DNA of 64,000 bases from Octopus sinensis (lineage: Eukaryota), in the NCBI RefSeq assembly GCF_006345805.1, contig NC_043008.1, positions 20,026,001 to 20,090,000 on the forward strand, written 5' to 3'. The first letter of the stretch is position 1; each line of letters starts with the position of its first letter. The notes beneath the pieces were generated by a model that saw only the letters and a program-made list of their open reading frames with translations, did not search any database and was not told the origin of the DNA. Made by a program: the position numbers and the translations under genes. Of this stretch, positions 23,216-36,429 are shown one piece after another.

Positions 23216-25960
23216 GTCATTGCAGCACTAAGACGAATTTTTCATTAGCCCTACACAGGGTTAATAAATAGGGACTATAGTCGAATTTATACTATTTGGT
23301 ATGCCTTGAATCTCGATAAGAATACTTCTCTTTTGTGTTAAGTCATCAATAGAAGTGACTGTATTAACTAGCTGACATCGACCTTCCATTCTGAAATCCA
23401 GTGCAGACGTGTAGGGGCTCTTCCTAGAATTTAAAAAGAAAGAACTGGGGAAAACTGGGGAAAACTGAAAAATGCTGAAAACTGGTAAAAACGCAGAGGG
23501 TGGCTCACACAGCATATGCTTTTTCTCTCGTTAGGAAGTTGAAACTGACCAATAAGAACTTGGTCACCAGAATTGACCACGACACTAGTTATTGCCTGGT
23601 GACGAAGTTCTTTTCTTTAGCATCAAATCGCATGACTTAGTAGTTTGTCAAGTTACTTCTAGTTATACTATTGTTCCCATGCTGGGAATTTGAAACTGAC
23701 CAATAACCTATTGGGTGTGGGAGTGTGAGGTCTCTTCTGTCTCCTTATCGCACATGAATATATAGGAAGATGGCGAGGAGGTCAGGCATAAGACCTGAAA
23801 TATTAGAATATGTTACTAGTCTATTACATCGACCTCAGTGATAAAACAAAGCATGTGCCCACGATATTGTCCATCTTCTTAATGTATATGTGTAACTTTG
23901 GAATAAAGCATTTGAAGCCCTTATACAGAAACTTGGAAGTCGTGTCTTGTTTTCAGAAAAAAAATTACATTTGTTATATTAAGCGTATTCATTCTTTAAT
24001 TTTCGGATCAGATGATTTATCCCAGGTGTTATCATATGTGTATAGAAATCGTAACAATCGCACCTAATCGAAAAATTTACCCGGTAAAACATCCGTACAA
24101 CCTAATGAAAATCAGCTTTATTATTCTGTCAAATGCATCGAAATGAATTCTATGTAACACGCAATAGAAACAAAAACCAAACAAAAACAAAACAAAAACA
24201 AAACAAAAGCGGATAGAATATCAATAGTAATATCACAGCCATCGTTGCCACCATCAATGATAAAATTTCCTAATGCTCTTCCTGCTATAATCAGCGATAA
24301 AGTTTAGTACTCCTCACTGAAAAGACGCTTTACCGTCTATAGAAAATGAAACGGCCAGTACTTTCAATTCAGTAATCTGGATACATTGTCAAAATGCATG
24401 ATCGCATACTTAGGACTAGAATAGCAATGATCATAAAACTGTTTGATAAAGGCAAACCTATATTACTATTTCCAACAATAGCAATACCACCGCTAACATC
24501 ACCGATAGTTTTGATTTCGCATTTTGCTACAATCAGTTTTGCAATATACACATCCTCCCAGGATCGATGCAAAAATGCCATAATGGTACATGCCGGCTGA
24601 TTCTATCGTCTTGGACACTTTTTTTCACAATCTATATATACCTGTGCCAAATTATAAATCAAAAGTTATTGTGGTTTTCTTTAAAGAGGTATTACTTCAT
24701 TCTTGTATGCCACAGAAAATAAGATAGTCAGCGTTTCTTAAATATAAATTTCCGTATCATATACAACGCTAGAATGGAAAAGAAGAAAATTAGAGTTGCA
24801 ATAAAAAATGATATTTCAATACGTTTATTTAGGTGGCAAGGAAAATTCTTACATTACACTGTACATCGATTGAAATTTGCGTTTATTTTTACTTTTCTTA
24901 GCGATTGGTAAAACTAAATCTGCTCCTGTAAAAACAGAAATACTCCACAATAATACATCATGCCATAACCAAGATAAAAAAAAGACCGAAATTTATAGGT
25001 TAAGGAGAAACATAAGGGTGAATACAACATTACAGATATAGATATTACATTTGCAGTCACCTATAATTCTAGGAAGCACAATATTCTGCATTCAGCCAAT
25101 TCTACGCCAGGCATCAATTCTCCGAGAATTAATTATTAAAAAAACACAAGTGAACAGTCGAAATCAACTACTAAATCTCAAGCAATTTCTAACAAATGCG
25201 TGTCTCACATCGGAGAAAGAGACAATACAAGAAAGAAACTTTGGAAACACTTGCTGTGGGGCATGTGGAATGACTGAGCAACGAACAACCAAATGATTCG
25301 AAAAGGAGAATTTAAATTGAATGCAAATATGAATTGTGAAACAAAAACTCTAATCGCCTAGAAATATTCCATGTAGTAAAAGTCTAAACATTTGCGCAAA
25401 TAGAAAATTTAAAGTTTTTTTTTTTTTGACAAAATAAAAGATGGAAATTATAAACTACGAAAGGCAAAAGGATACTTTCGAAGAATTCTAAATCTGGAAC
25501 TAAACTGCAAACAGTCAACATTTAGAAGTGTCAACATTTAATTTAAAAGATTCAACGATTTAAAGTATTCCTGTGTTACAAAATGAAAGATCAATGGAGA
25601 TCAACTAAGAGAAAAATAATCAATTACGAAACATAAAAGAATACTTTTAACCCAATAATAAACCGGAAATAATTAATATCATTACAAGCAATAACTTCCT
25701 CTTTATGGATTACCCTGGAAGACGTGTGTCTGAAAAGATGAAAAATGAAAGCACTTGCGCACAAAATATACACTAGACTTAAATTACACATTGTATACAC
25801 ACTTTTCCACAATGGTTAGTAACATTCTAAAAAAATAAAATAAATAAATATATATATATATATATGTGTATATATATGTATATATATATATATATGTTTG
25901 CGTGTGTATGTGTGTGTGTATGTGTGTGTGTATGTGTGTGTGTGCGTGTACGTGAGTATG

Positions 25961-26090
25961 TAGGCGCAACTGCATGGTTTCGGTTTCACTCCCATTGCGT
26001 GGCACCTTCAGCAATTGTTTTAATATAAACTTGGACCCACCTAAGCCTTATGAGCGGAAGTGGTAAGCGGAAACTGAAAGAAACCCGCTG

Positions 26091-26095
<5 letters not shown>
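25961..26095 (+). mobile_element. Decayed SINE family A head
   Basis: tcactcccattgcgtggcacctt and ggaaactgaaagaaacccg motifs. Confidence 0.7.
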
Positions 26096-26123
<28 letters not shown>

Positions 26124-26154
26124 TATATATATAATATATATATATATATGTATG

Positions 26155-26186
<32 letters not shown>

Positions 26187-26204
26187 TGTATGTATATGTG
26201 TGTG

Positions 26205-26621
26205 TGTTGTGCGATAGTACGACACATCTGGTGAAAATGGACTGAACCACTATATATAAATAGAAGCAGTCTGAGTAAGCGAGGATTTTGGACTGCAGGT
26301 CGCCTCTATATTTTGCATGTGGGGGAAAGGCCACAAGAAACAGAGATACCCACAGAGAGAACAGACGAAGAAGAGAAGCAGAAGAGTACGGACCAGGTAC
26401 AAGTGGAGCTGGAAGCCAAAAAAAAACAAAAAACAACAGAGGAGGGATTCATGGTTGTGGAGAGAAAAAGGAGATTTGGAAGAGCCAGCCCGCCGCCAGA
26501 GAACAAGAAAAGGAGTTAGATTTTGCTTCTGAAGAGATTGTTGTTACGTACCGTGTGGTTACTACCGTTTGTATATTATTACTTTGTTGCAGTATATTCA
26601 TTTATCCATAAAAATATAACA
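26205..26621 (+). mobile_element. Putative 5' LTR of a Ty3/Gypsy element
   Basis: Begins TGTTGTG, ends ...aaatataaCA, with TATA-like tatatataaatag at ~26250. It is followed by tctgg (possible PBS) and then gag. No 3' LTR is present to confirm the boundaries. Confidence 0.55.
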
Positions 26622-29200
26622 TCTGGTAATGGGCATCGTTCGAAACTGGTTATTTGACAATTTCTGCGTCATGGAAAACCTATTAGCTGCAGCAGTACAG
26701 CTTCAATAGAAGAAACAGGATCACGTACAGGAGTTGCAAAAACAAATACCACACCATAAGCACAATTAATTGAATTACAGTCAGTGAAGTCCGAAAATCC
26801 ACTAAACTAGTTTACGACAGACGGCGTATAATCCGGGGAGGATATTGCGTTTCCTGCGTATTATAGAAGATACGAGGAAATTTTTAACTAGTGCAAGTCA
26901 TGGTTGGAGGAGCAAAAAGTAAAGCTCTTACTACACAAGGTAGCTCTTGCCGAACATGAGCGTCACTGTAACTTTATTCTGCCCCTAAAGTCGAGTGAGA
27001 TTGTTTTCCATGAATCCGTGGAACGGCTTTCAAAGATTTTTCGATAGAAGTTCATTATTCAACACCAGAATGGAGTGTTGGAACTTAACAAAGAAATGAG
27101 GAGGATGATTTTTATCACCTACGCAGGAGGAGTCAACCAAATGAGCGAAAATTTCAGACTCCAGAATCTCACTCAGGATATGTTCAAATTACTTATCTTT
27201 GTCCAAGGATTTGTAACAGCCGAAGATAGAGAAATTTGGGCAAGGATTCTCTCGAAAATGGAGCAAGCTAATCAGAATTTATCTCCACAGACCATCACAG
27301 AAGAATGTCGGACTTTGGTAAATGTTAAACATGATGTGAAAAAAATACAGGATAAAGACTGAAAAAATTCAAGTGTCGTCCCGGGAAGCACAATCAAAAA
27401 ATATTTCAGGTCTCAATCCCAGTTAAGGTTGTGGAGGCCGACACTACGAAAAGGATTGTCCGTATAAATACAAAAAGTACTATAGTAGTCAGAATCTGGA
27501 ACACAGGACTCTCATTGTAGAAGAACAATAAGAGGCTCAAACATAAAGGGGTTATCAGGAGTTTTCAGCGGAGATTGGTAGCTACGGAAAAGCAAGAAAA
27601 TTCGGGCACGTAAAAATAAATTGTGAATACCAAATTCCAGTTAGACACGGGTAGTGACATACCCATTATAAATTTGGATACTTGGGGAAAAATTGAGTCA
27701 CCGTGATTACGTAAAACAGTGAAAATAGTGCGTGGTCTAACGGGCGATAAATTGCATTTCATGGGAAAAACAATTATCAACGTCACATTTCGAGCAGAGA
27801 CACCCGAAGCAAAATTATTCTTTGTGGTTAATACAATCAATCTGTTTGGCAGAGATTGGTTAGAACTATTTCATTTATAGCACCTCCCCATAAACCTTTA
27901 CTGCAATCACATATATGGTTGTCCCGTTAAAAAAAAAATCTTTGGAAGAACTGAAGGAAAAATTGAAAACCTGTTCCCGCAAGTGTTATCAGAGTATTTA
28001 GGCTATGTAGAAAGACGGAAACCAATTTTCAAGTGACTGAAAACGTTGTCCTTGTATTTAAAGCAAGTTGTAAAGTACCGTTCGCAGCAATTGAAACCGT
28101 AAACGAAAAGTTGGACAGTCTCTAAAAGAGCGGAGTCTTCAAAATTGTGGATTACTCGAAGTGGGTAACACCCATGATATGTATTAAAAAAAGATTACAC
28201 TGTGTGTCGTTTTCTCTGCAGGATTGAAAGACGGTTTAAAATCATACCACTCCCGATTGCAGAGGATATTTTTTCAAAGTTAAATGGTGGAAAAAGGTTT
28301 TCCAAATTAGATCTGTCTGAAGTCTATTTAGAGATAACTAAGTTATCTGATTTTGAACTTGCAATCCTGTACTTGGAGGATATTTTGATCAAGAGTAATA
28401 TTCACGAACAATATGAAGCACATAAAAAGCTGTGTTTAAGAAAATTAGTGTTCACAGGTTCACTTTGAGGGAAGAAACATGCGAATTTTTTCAACCCCCA
28501 AATTAATTACTCAGAGCAAATAACTGATCAAAGTGTTAGACGCCCTGGTGCGTCGAGGGCAGAGTCAATAAGTAATGTGCCTGCGCGGACAAATATTCTA
28601 ACTTTGCAAGCTATTCTTGTGTTGGCTAACTTTTTATCAAAGCTACATTCCTAATATGAACAAGTTAAGAGCTCCATTGAACGACTTATTAACAAAAGGA
28701 ATGAAGTGAAATTGGTCGGCTAAATGCCAGAAGACGTTAGCACTTTACGATCCCGAAATGGACATCATTGAAGCCTCTGATACTCCCGAGCACTGATTGA
28801 GTGCAGTTCTAATACATTAATACAAAGACGGAAGTAAAAAAACCATTGGTCTATGATTCGAACTCGCTAATAGCGGCAGAGAAGAGATATAGTCAAATTG
28901 AAAAGGAGGAACTAGCAATTAATTTTACCGTTTAAAACTTTCACAGGTATCTGTATAGCAGAAGAATTTGTTGGAAACAGACCACGGAATTTTTCTGTCC
29001 ATTTATGGGTCTAAAAATAGTTTAGTGCAAACCGACTGCAATGTTGAGGTGTAATATTACTAAATTGTAATTTCAAAATGCAATACATTCCATACAAGAA
29101 AATCGGTCATGGAATTTGCCTTTCGGGATTAATTCCAAACAATATGGAAACACTAGAAGAGCCTGTTATATTCGCACTGTAGGCAGAAAGTGAAATTATG
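26622..29200 (+). pseudogene. Ty3/Gypsy gag-pol remnant (gag, zinc knuckle, protease, RT, RNase H); integrase and 3' LTR absent
   Basis: AFPAYYRRYEEIF, WLEEQKVKLLL, FITYAGGVN...FKLLIFVQG (gag); CGGRHYEKDCP (knuckle); FQLDTGSD (protease); PLPIAEDIFSKLNGGKRFSKLDLSEVYL and YLEDIL (RT); YDPEMDIIEASD and AAEKRYSQIEKEELA (RNase H). Multiple stops and frameshifts. Confidence 0.9.
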
Positions 29201-29204
29201 TGTT

Positions 29205-29450
29205 ATGACGAATTCCTGCTTGTTTTCGATACTCCGCCTTTTATGTATGTACGCGCATGTGTGTGGGTGTTTCTTTGTGCATGTTTGTCCCCCAACCAGC
29301 ACTTGAAAACGGATGATCCTGTGTTTACCTCGATGTAACCTAGTGTCTCCAGGCTTTATAAAAAAAGGATTGGTATGATTCATTCAATTAAGATTTCTTC
29401 AATGCAAAGCACCAGTATAGCAGCAGGCTAACTGCAGCAAATAAAAGATA
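29205..29450 (+). mobile_element. Decayed SINE family A 3' part
   Basis: tgtttgtcccccaacc...gtgtttacctcgatgtaacctag resembles the family A body. Confidence 0.55.
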
Positions 29451-29452
29451 AC

Positions 29453-29490
<38 letters not shown>

Positions 29491-29903
29491 CTGTCCTGGA
29501 AGGGACGATTGATATTGTTGTTTAGCCCCTCTCTTTGAGGGATTTAGAAATTATATTTTTATTTTATTAGAGGAGTGAATGTGTGTTGCTTTAAAAACTA
29601 TATATTTTCGAACGGTGAATTCAGCAACTCCACCTAGCCAAGCAGCTAGTCTATGTTGATAAATGGCAATAACTCAGAAACCGGTCCATAGATGATGTTT
29701 TGTGCTGGATGGGAGTGCTAGAATCCTTGTTCGAAAATATAAGGACACAGATATTGTGCCATATAGTTAATTGGAAACGATATTTCCTGGGTCTAAATAT
29801 CAGTAACAATCGTCCCTCCCAGGACAGCCACATTATGTTGGCAAATAACCTCTATTTTCAGGAACTGTCACTGAATATCCCTCTTTAGAGATAATAATGC
29901 TTC

Positions 29904-29938
<35 letters not shown>

Positions 29939-31193
29939 TTCATTATAGTCACCCTATGATTTATATGGATAAGACCATACAAAATTCTGGTGCATCTAAT
30001 GATTGTTATAAAAAAACCTAAATCTTGGCTCTATCCGGGAATTCCTTTTGTAACATACCTTAGGTACCACTGCGCATGTGATAAATTGATAAACCCCATT
30101 TCAAATGTCATATATATTTATTATAAACTAAAGCCGTGGATATTGTTTGTAGGTAACTGAATATAAAAATGAAATATCTTCCAATATGAGTTTCAGTTGT
30201 TTTAATGTTGCAAAATAATCCAAATATTTCACATCAAATGTTTTTTTTCTTAATTCTAAAGCCTGTAGAGTGTTAATAAATTGATGTTTTCTTTCAAGCA
30301 GTTGAAGAATGAAAGTGAACACTATAGTTGTTGCTGGAATTTAATGCAAGCTATGTGATGTAGCAGGTGTAGTTTCTGAAATCTTGTAACAACGGAAGAT
30401 TATTAATATCAATGACACAAAATTAATGATATCCAATTGGCAGCCAGATATATTTCAAAATAAAACACTGCATCACCTTTTCTATTGTTGCCATGAAAAC
30501 CTTTAGCTTTAAATGAAAAAAATTACACATAAGATATAGCTGTATATTCAATAGCATTCTTTATTCAATATTTTATTAATATATATTATTTCTCTAGCTA
30601 TAAAAGATATTGTTGTTTTGAATGAAGACATAAATATATCGTTAAAAATTCTTCGTTTGAGAGACAACATATACGATATATTGTTTCTGTCACATTTACA
30701 TTTCCTCGTATATCACACTTAAATGTAGTATACTATATTGTTAATAGAATTATAACTAAATATAGCAATTTAAGATGTTCACCAATTCTTTGCATCAAAG
30801 AAACTTTGGCTTTCATTCTAAAAGTAACAAAAAAAATCATAGAAGTGTTGAGCTTTACTAGTAGTTCGGCACATCTGTAAACGCCCACGAATATAAATTA
30901 ATATATTCTAAATTGTCGTACTAATGTTTTATAGTTTTTCTTATTGAGTTATTTCTGTTTGCATGAAATGTGTTATAGAACGTTATCTTGTGGTGATTAG
31001 GATCGAAAGAATAAGGTTTCGATTCTCAAACCGAGGAACGGTTTCTTTTTTTCTTTTTCAGCAAATCAGTTTTTTTTTTCTTTACTCAACTAAGAAAAAA
31101 AAGATGGGGTACTTAGCCTCAGTAATTAATCATTTCACAGACTGTCATCCTATTCAATATTCGATAATGTTATCTATGACTTATATTTCTTGT

Positions 31194-31604
31194 TTCTTTA
31201 TTGCCCACAAGGGGCTAAACATAGAGGGAACAAACAAGGACAGACAAAGGGATTAAGTCGATTACATCGACCCAGTGCATAACTGGTAATTAATTTATCG
31301 ACCCTGTAAGGATGAAAAGTAAGGTCGACATCGGAGGAATTTGAACTCACAACGTAGCGGCAGTCGAAATACCTATTTCTATACTACCCACAAGGGGCCA
31401 AACACGGATAGGACAAACAAGGACTGACAAACGGATTAAGTCGATTACATCGACTCCAGTGCATAACTGGTACTTATTTAATCGACCCCGAAAGGATGAA
31501 AGGCAAAGTCGACCTCGGCGTAATTTGAACTCAGAACGCAGCGGCAGACGAAATACGGCTACACATTTTGCCCGATATGCAAACGATCCTGCCAACTCGC
31601 CGCC
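31194..31604 (-). mobile_element. SINE family B dimer (two B1-tailed monomers)
   Basis: Two copies of cccacaagggg...ggattaagtcgattacatcga...aaggatgaaa...gtcgac...aatttgaactc; junction at ~31375. Confidence 0.9.
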
Positions 31605-32176
31605 TTTCTATGGCTTATATTTCATGGAACCCAAGTCAAAGTCGAGGTTCATAACTTTATACAATCAAAAAATATATAAGAAAACTATGCTTACAGCTTA
31701 TTATAGAACATTCATGAATATTTAAAATTTTATAGAATATCTCGAATATAAACGCTTTGTGTTAACATGTTTGACTGACATCAAAATCCAATTTAGACTG
31801 CAACACACAGACGGAGAATAACTGTTTAGACCTAGGAGAAACAAAACCACCTTCATTACCCAGCATGCACATCAATACCGAATTGCAAGCGCTTCACATC
31901 ACATGTTTACACCTTCAGTCTCTTACGCTCCTACATATGGCAAAGTAACATCAAAACCAATCTAATCTCATTTGATGCAAAGGATAAAGTATTTAGGAGT
32001 AATATTTTTGAAGCTTCGCGAGATACACAGTTAATCTACTTTATAGGTTATTAATTAAACTTAGGTTACGAGTTGAGCATTTGCATAACTGTATTATAGG
32101 TCTCTTGGATTTCTGAAAGTTGCATGAACTGATAAACGACAGATGCACCATACAGCAACTTTCAGACATACAACAT

Positions 32177-32401
32177 ATTTCTTTACAACCCACAAGGGTC
32201 TAAACACAGAGAGGACAAACAAGTACAGACAAAGGGATTAAGTCGATTATATCGACCCCGGTGCGTAACTGGTGCTTAATTTATCGACCCCGAAATGATG
32301 AAAGGCAAAGTCGACCTCGGCGAAATTTGAACTCATAACAGCAGACGAAATACGGATACGCATTTCGCCCGGCGTGCTAACGATTCTGCCAGCTCGCCGC
32401 C
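32177..32401 (-). mobile_element. SINE family B, full-length monomer
   Basis: atttctttac...cccacaaggg tail through ctgccagctcgccgcc head. Confidence 0.92.
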
Positions 32402-32516
32402 TTGTTTCAGACATAAACCTGCCTACATCTTGTCCGAACACTTGGGCATAAAAAAAGAGAACTGATATCGCTGGCAGACCGATGATTCTAAGTGCCTTAT
32501 CTGTGTGTGTGTGTGT

Positions 32517-32553
<37 letters not shown>

Positions 32554-32772
32554 CGTACATGCATAAATACATATATACATATTGGTTTATTATTTTATAT
32601 TTTTCATCTCAAAGGGCGTGGCCTTGCTGGAGAAGCACCAGTGTTATCATCTTTTCAATAGCCATATCCACAAGATTGGCTTTTAGCGAAGGAGGTAGTC
32701 TCGATATAGTTGGCCCCTTTTGAATATCATGCTGTGATATAGGTTCATCTGGGTCATTTCTCTTTTTTTGGG

Positions 32773-33159
32773 TCTTTTACTTGTTTCAGTCATTAGAATG
32801 CGGCCGTGCTTGAGCACCACCTTTAGTCGAGGAAATCGACCCAAGGACTTATTCTTTGAAAGCCTAGTACTTATTCTATCGGACTCTCTTGCCGAACCGC
32901 TAAGTGACGGGGACGTAAACACACTAACATCAGTTGTTAAGCGATTTTGTGGGGACAAACAGAGGCGCACAAACATATATACACTCATACATATACATGA
33001 CGGGCTTCTTTCAGTTTCTGTCTACGAAATCCACTCACAAGGCTTGGTCAGCCCGAGGCTATAGTAGAAGACACTTGCCCAATATGCCACGCAGGGCGAA
33101 TGAACTCAGAACCATGTGGTTGGTAAGTAAGCTACTTACCTCACAGCCACTCCTGCGCC
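32773..33159 (-). mobile_element. SINE family A, full length
   Basis: cttttacttgtttcagtc tail through cacagccactcctgcgcc head. Confidence 0.92.
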
Positions 33160-33559
33160 TTGGGAAACAAAGGATGAAGTTGTTTCTTGAAGACATTTCC
33201 TACTCCATGAAGTTCCTTCTGATATTTTGGCAACGTAGTAAATAGCTGTAGGACCTTGAAACCTAAGCAAATGTAGTTCATGATCCTCAATCTATACGAG
33301 GTAGCCAGGATCTTTGTAAAAGTGCAGTGACATCCCGTTTGGGGTTTCGTATACATCCTGATGCCAAAATTTGGCGCAAGATCCTCTAGGATCTTCCATG
33401 CTTAGATCACTACATAAAACTTATAAACCGGGGCCTCGTAAATTGAGGTATTACTGTAATTGACAGTCAGAAGGCTGCTCTTTTCTTGTCATCTCTTCTG
33501 ACTTATTAATGGGTAGAATATGCGGAAATCATTCGTAAGCATATTTCCTTTAATTATGC

Positions 33560-34139
33560 GCTAACTGAATAAATGTGCAACTAAATGACATTGTGGTTAG
33601 TAAACCAAGTAACGACATATAAATGGATGAATTGTAATAACATCCAAGCACAGGATCCTAATTTGAACGACGTGCTAAAGTTTCTACTACGAAAGCAAAT
33701 GCTTCTACATGTTACCGATAAATTTATAGAGAACGAAAAAAAACTTCTTCTAAGCAAACAAACAACTCTAGACTTGTTTTTCAAAAAGAAGTCTACAAGT
33801 ATGTCTACGAGTGCTTGTGAATCAGCGATCGCGTCTACAAGTCGTGTTCGGGAATCTAGTGCGAGTGAAAGTGATTCAGAAAACTGTTATAATAATACTT
33901 TTATCATAAATTATCTTGACATTCTTCTTACTTTACATAAAATATTCTTTACATTCTACTGTTTTTTTCTATTGCCATCTATTTAGAAGTATCATAAATT
34001 TTATTGGTACTCTATTTCTCTGGGGACAAATTACGATTAAGAATATTGATATTATGGGGTATAATTGCTCTGCTGTACGGGTTTTCGCTTTTCGAGCGGT
34101 CTGTGGGGAAGAATTAACTTGTATATCGAGGTATTACTG
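33560..34139 (+). mobile_element. Tigger/pogo DNA transposon 3' remnant with right TIR
   Basis: ORF 33585-33986 has QDPNL...ENEKK...KQTTLDLFFKK, like Tigger C-termini. It ends gtatatcgaggtattactg|TA (CAGTA-type TIR, TA TSD). A second gaggtattactg|ta in the same orientation lies at 33445-33458. Confidence 0.7.
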
Positions 34140-34526
34140 TATTAACTTACTATCCAGCGGGCTTGTCAGCAAGAAGGCCAACACAGAAAAACATAGAGTA
34201 ACTCTTTAGGTGGAAGATAGGGGCGAGATTTAACGATTTTGTAATATACGTGATTAGAAACGATACACTCCGAATAAAATGTTAGAAGGGGGCGCCCCTT
34301 GTGAATGAAGGATTAATACTAAAATTATGGCGGAAATTTTGAGATTAAACAATAGCATAAAAAAACAAATAATAGTATTCGTACAAAGCTTTTTAGTTAT
34401 AAATTGTCTAAAATCATTTTCGAAGTGTACAGTTATCATCATTCATTGTGTGCCCGCAATAGACATGTGGTAGTGTTTGAAACCTCTCCTTTAGGATGGA
34501 TGACGTTTCAAATAAGATTTTGTAGA

Positions 34527-34749
34527 CCTATTTTTTTATTATCAACAAGGGGCTAAACAGGGACAGACAAACGGATTAAGTCGATTATATCGTTCCCCCT
34601 CAGTGCGTAACTGGTACTTAATTTATCGACCCCGATAGGATGAAAAGCAAAGTCGACCTCGGCGGAATTTGAACTCAGAACGTATCGGCAGACGAAATAC
34701 GGCTCCGCATTTCGCCCGGCGTACTAACGTTTCTGCCAGCTCTCCGCCT
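34527..34749 (-). mobile_element. SINE family B with 14-bp target-site duplication
   Basis: taagattttgtaga at 34513-34526 and 34750-34763 flanks a full monomer. Confidence 0.93.
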
Positions 34750-35198
34750 TAAGATTTTGTAGAACACAAAATAAATTATTCCACATAATCGAAAACATAA
34801 GAGTATCACGAATAAATCAGAATTTCAATGTTTTTGTAAAATTTATTTTATAAGTTTACTTGAAACCGAATTTTATTATTTCAAATTGGACGTCAACAGA
34901 ACAAGGCTCCTGAATAATTTTTTTAACAATATAGCAGCTGAATCAGAACCTGACCGTAATAATATAAGCTCATTAAACTCCTTAGCAATTAATCTGTCAA
35001 ATGGATTATTCATAACATCATTTCCGTACTATTGTGTAGTTTAATTTCTGATAAGTAATGACGATTGCCAAACCAATGCATTATACGCTGTCACAATATT
35101 TGCATTCTTCCATTCATCAACGAGCAAAACGTAGAAATTTATTAACATTTCGCATACAAAAGGAAATAGTATTTATTAAGTCGAAATTAATTGCAAGA

Positions 35199-35610
35199 GC
35201 GGATCTTTTCGGTTTGAACTGTAGATGTCACCCATAATTATGTCCCTAGTATCGATCTATTGCATTTCAATCTGTTTTAGGGTTAGGGTTAGTTAGGGTT
35301 TGTTAGGGATAGGCTTAGGGGTGTGGGGAAGGGTATCTTTTTTTCTTCACAAATGTAAATAAACCCAATCTGTTTCTTAAACGAGGGACATATTCATACG
35401 GCACATAATGTTATTCACCTCAATGGACGTCATTGGTTGGTTGAAATTTCAGGAATTGAAGAGAAAAACAACAAATATCTTACAAACTATACAATTTTCT
35501 CAAGAGAAAAAGATGCTTTATAAACACATTCTACCAGTATACGAAGTTTAAAATTTTTTAGTTACTTAGAAATTATGTTAAAAAGTGCCGTTTAAACGGA
35601 AAAGATCCGC
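35199..35610. mobile_element. MITE with 21-bp TIRs and an internal TTAGGG-like tract
   Basis: gcggatcttttcggtttgaac / gtttaaacggaaaagatccgc (2 mismatches), flanked by aaga on both sides; ttagggttagggttagttagggtttgttaggg at ~35277-35308. Confidence 0.85.
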
Positions 35611-36074
35611 AAGAACCACCAGAGAAGTACGCGAGAATTTCGATCTTATTAACATACATGGGAGACAATACAAGACTATAACGTGTATTTTCATGTTATT
35701 AGCTGGGTTCTATTCATGAAGTTATTGCCGATGGTATCAGTGACAAAATATGAACTTCATAATTACGAGCAAATTTTCCTCCTGGCAAATAAAATAATTC
35801 AAGAAACTAACCTTAACCTTAACTGTGATGCATCACTTGAAATATTTTCATCCTTACGGAAAACTAAAATTTCATTAAATCCTAATTATCGTTCTCTTTA
35901 CGGATCAAGGTAATACATTTTCAATGAAAGACAAACGTCAACGGGAGGGATTTAATTCAAAAACCAAATGCGCATAACGGAACACTGTGAGCCATTTCAT
36001 TCGTCACTCCACCGATTCTGACAACCCGGTATTCTTGGCTTATCTCATGATAATATGAATTCGTTCCATCACAG

Positions 36075-36172
36075 CTGAGCTTGTGGTTCCAATGGAAGAA
36101 TATATTCGAATTCTTAATTCTCAGAACATAATGTCCTCGATACGTCGGCGTATTCGCAGCGTTATGAGAACC
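36075..36172 (+). CDS. Candidate internal coding exon of an unidentified gene (ELVVPMEEYIRILNSQNIMSSIRRRIRSVMRT)
   Basis: Acceptor ttccatcacAG|, donor acc|GTGAGT; one open frame (phase 1 in, phase 0 out); non-repetitive and locally CpG-richer. No homologue recognised. Confidence 0.33.
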
Positions 36173-36390
36173 GTGAGTAGAATTATAAACTATATTTATT
36201 TCTGGACCTCTGCACTTTGAGCTCTAATCCCGCCGGGGCCAACTTAAGCTTTGATGTCTTCTGAGTCGATAAACGCCGGATTAAGTCACTCCTCTCGTGC
36301 GTCCTACGCTCTCTCTGAATCAACGACGTTAAGTAGGCATAGAAATAGATACTCTCATTTTACTCCATCATTCAATTATTCTTTTACCAG

Positions 36391-36429
36391 GTTTTGTGGC
36401 CAAAACTACAAAGAAACAATATCACTTAA
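36391..36429 (+). CDS. Candidate terminal coding exon (VLWPKLQRNNIT*)
   Basis: Strong acceptor ttattcttttaccAG|; phase 0 matches the 36075-36172 donor (218-nt intron); AATAAA at ~36565. Confidence 0.27.
   Translation, partial: VLWPKLQRNNIT

Noticed and set aside
26288-26611. K/E/R-rich ORFs
   Set aside because: They lie within the purine-rich putative Gypsy LTR, with several overlapping frames open; compositional artefact.
31797-31948. Open frames after an AG acceptor
   Set aside because: All three frames stay open because the strand is A/C-rich; no recognisable protein.
35277-35321. Telomere or chromosome-fusion site
   Set aside because: Only a few imperfect TTAGGG units in one orientation, located inside a TIR-bounded MITE.
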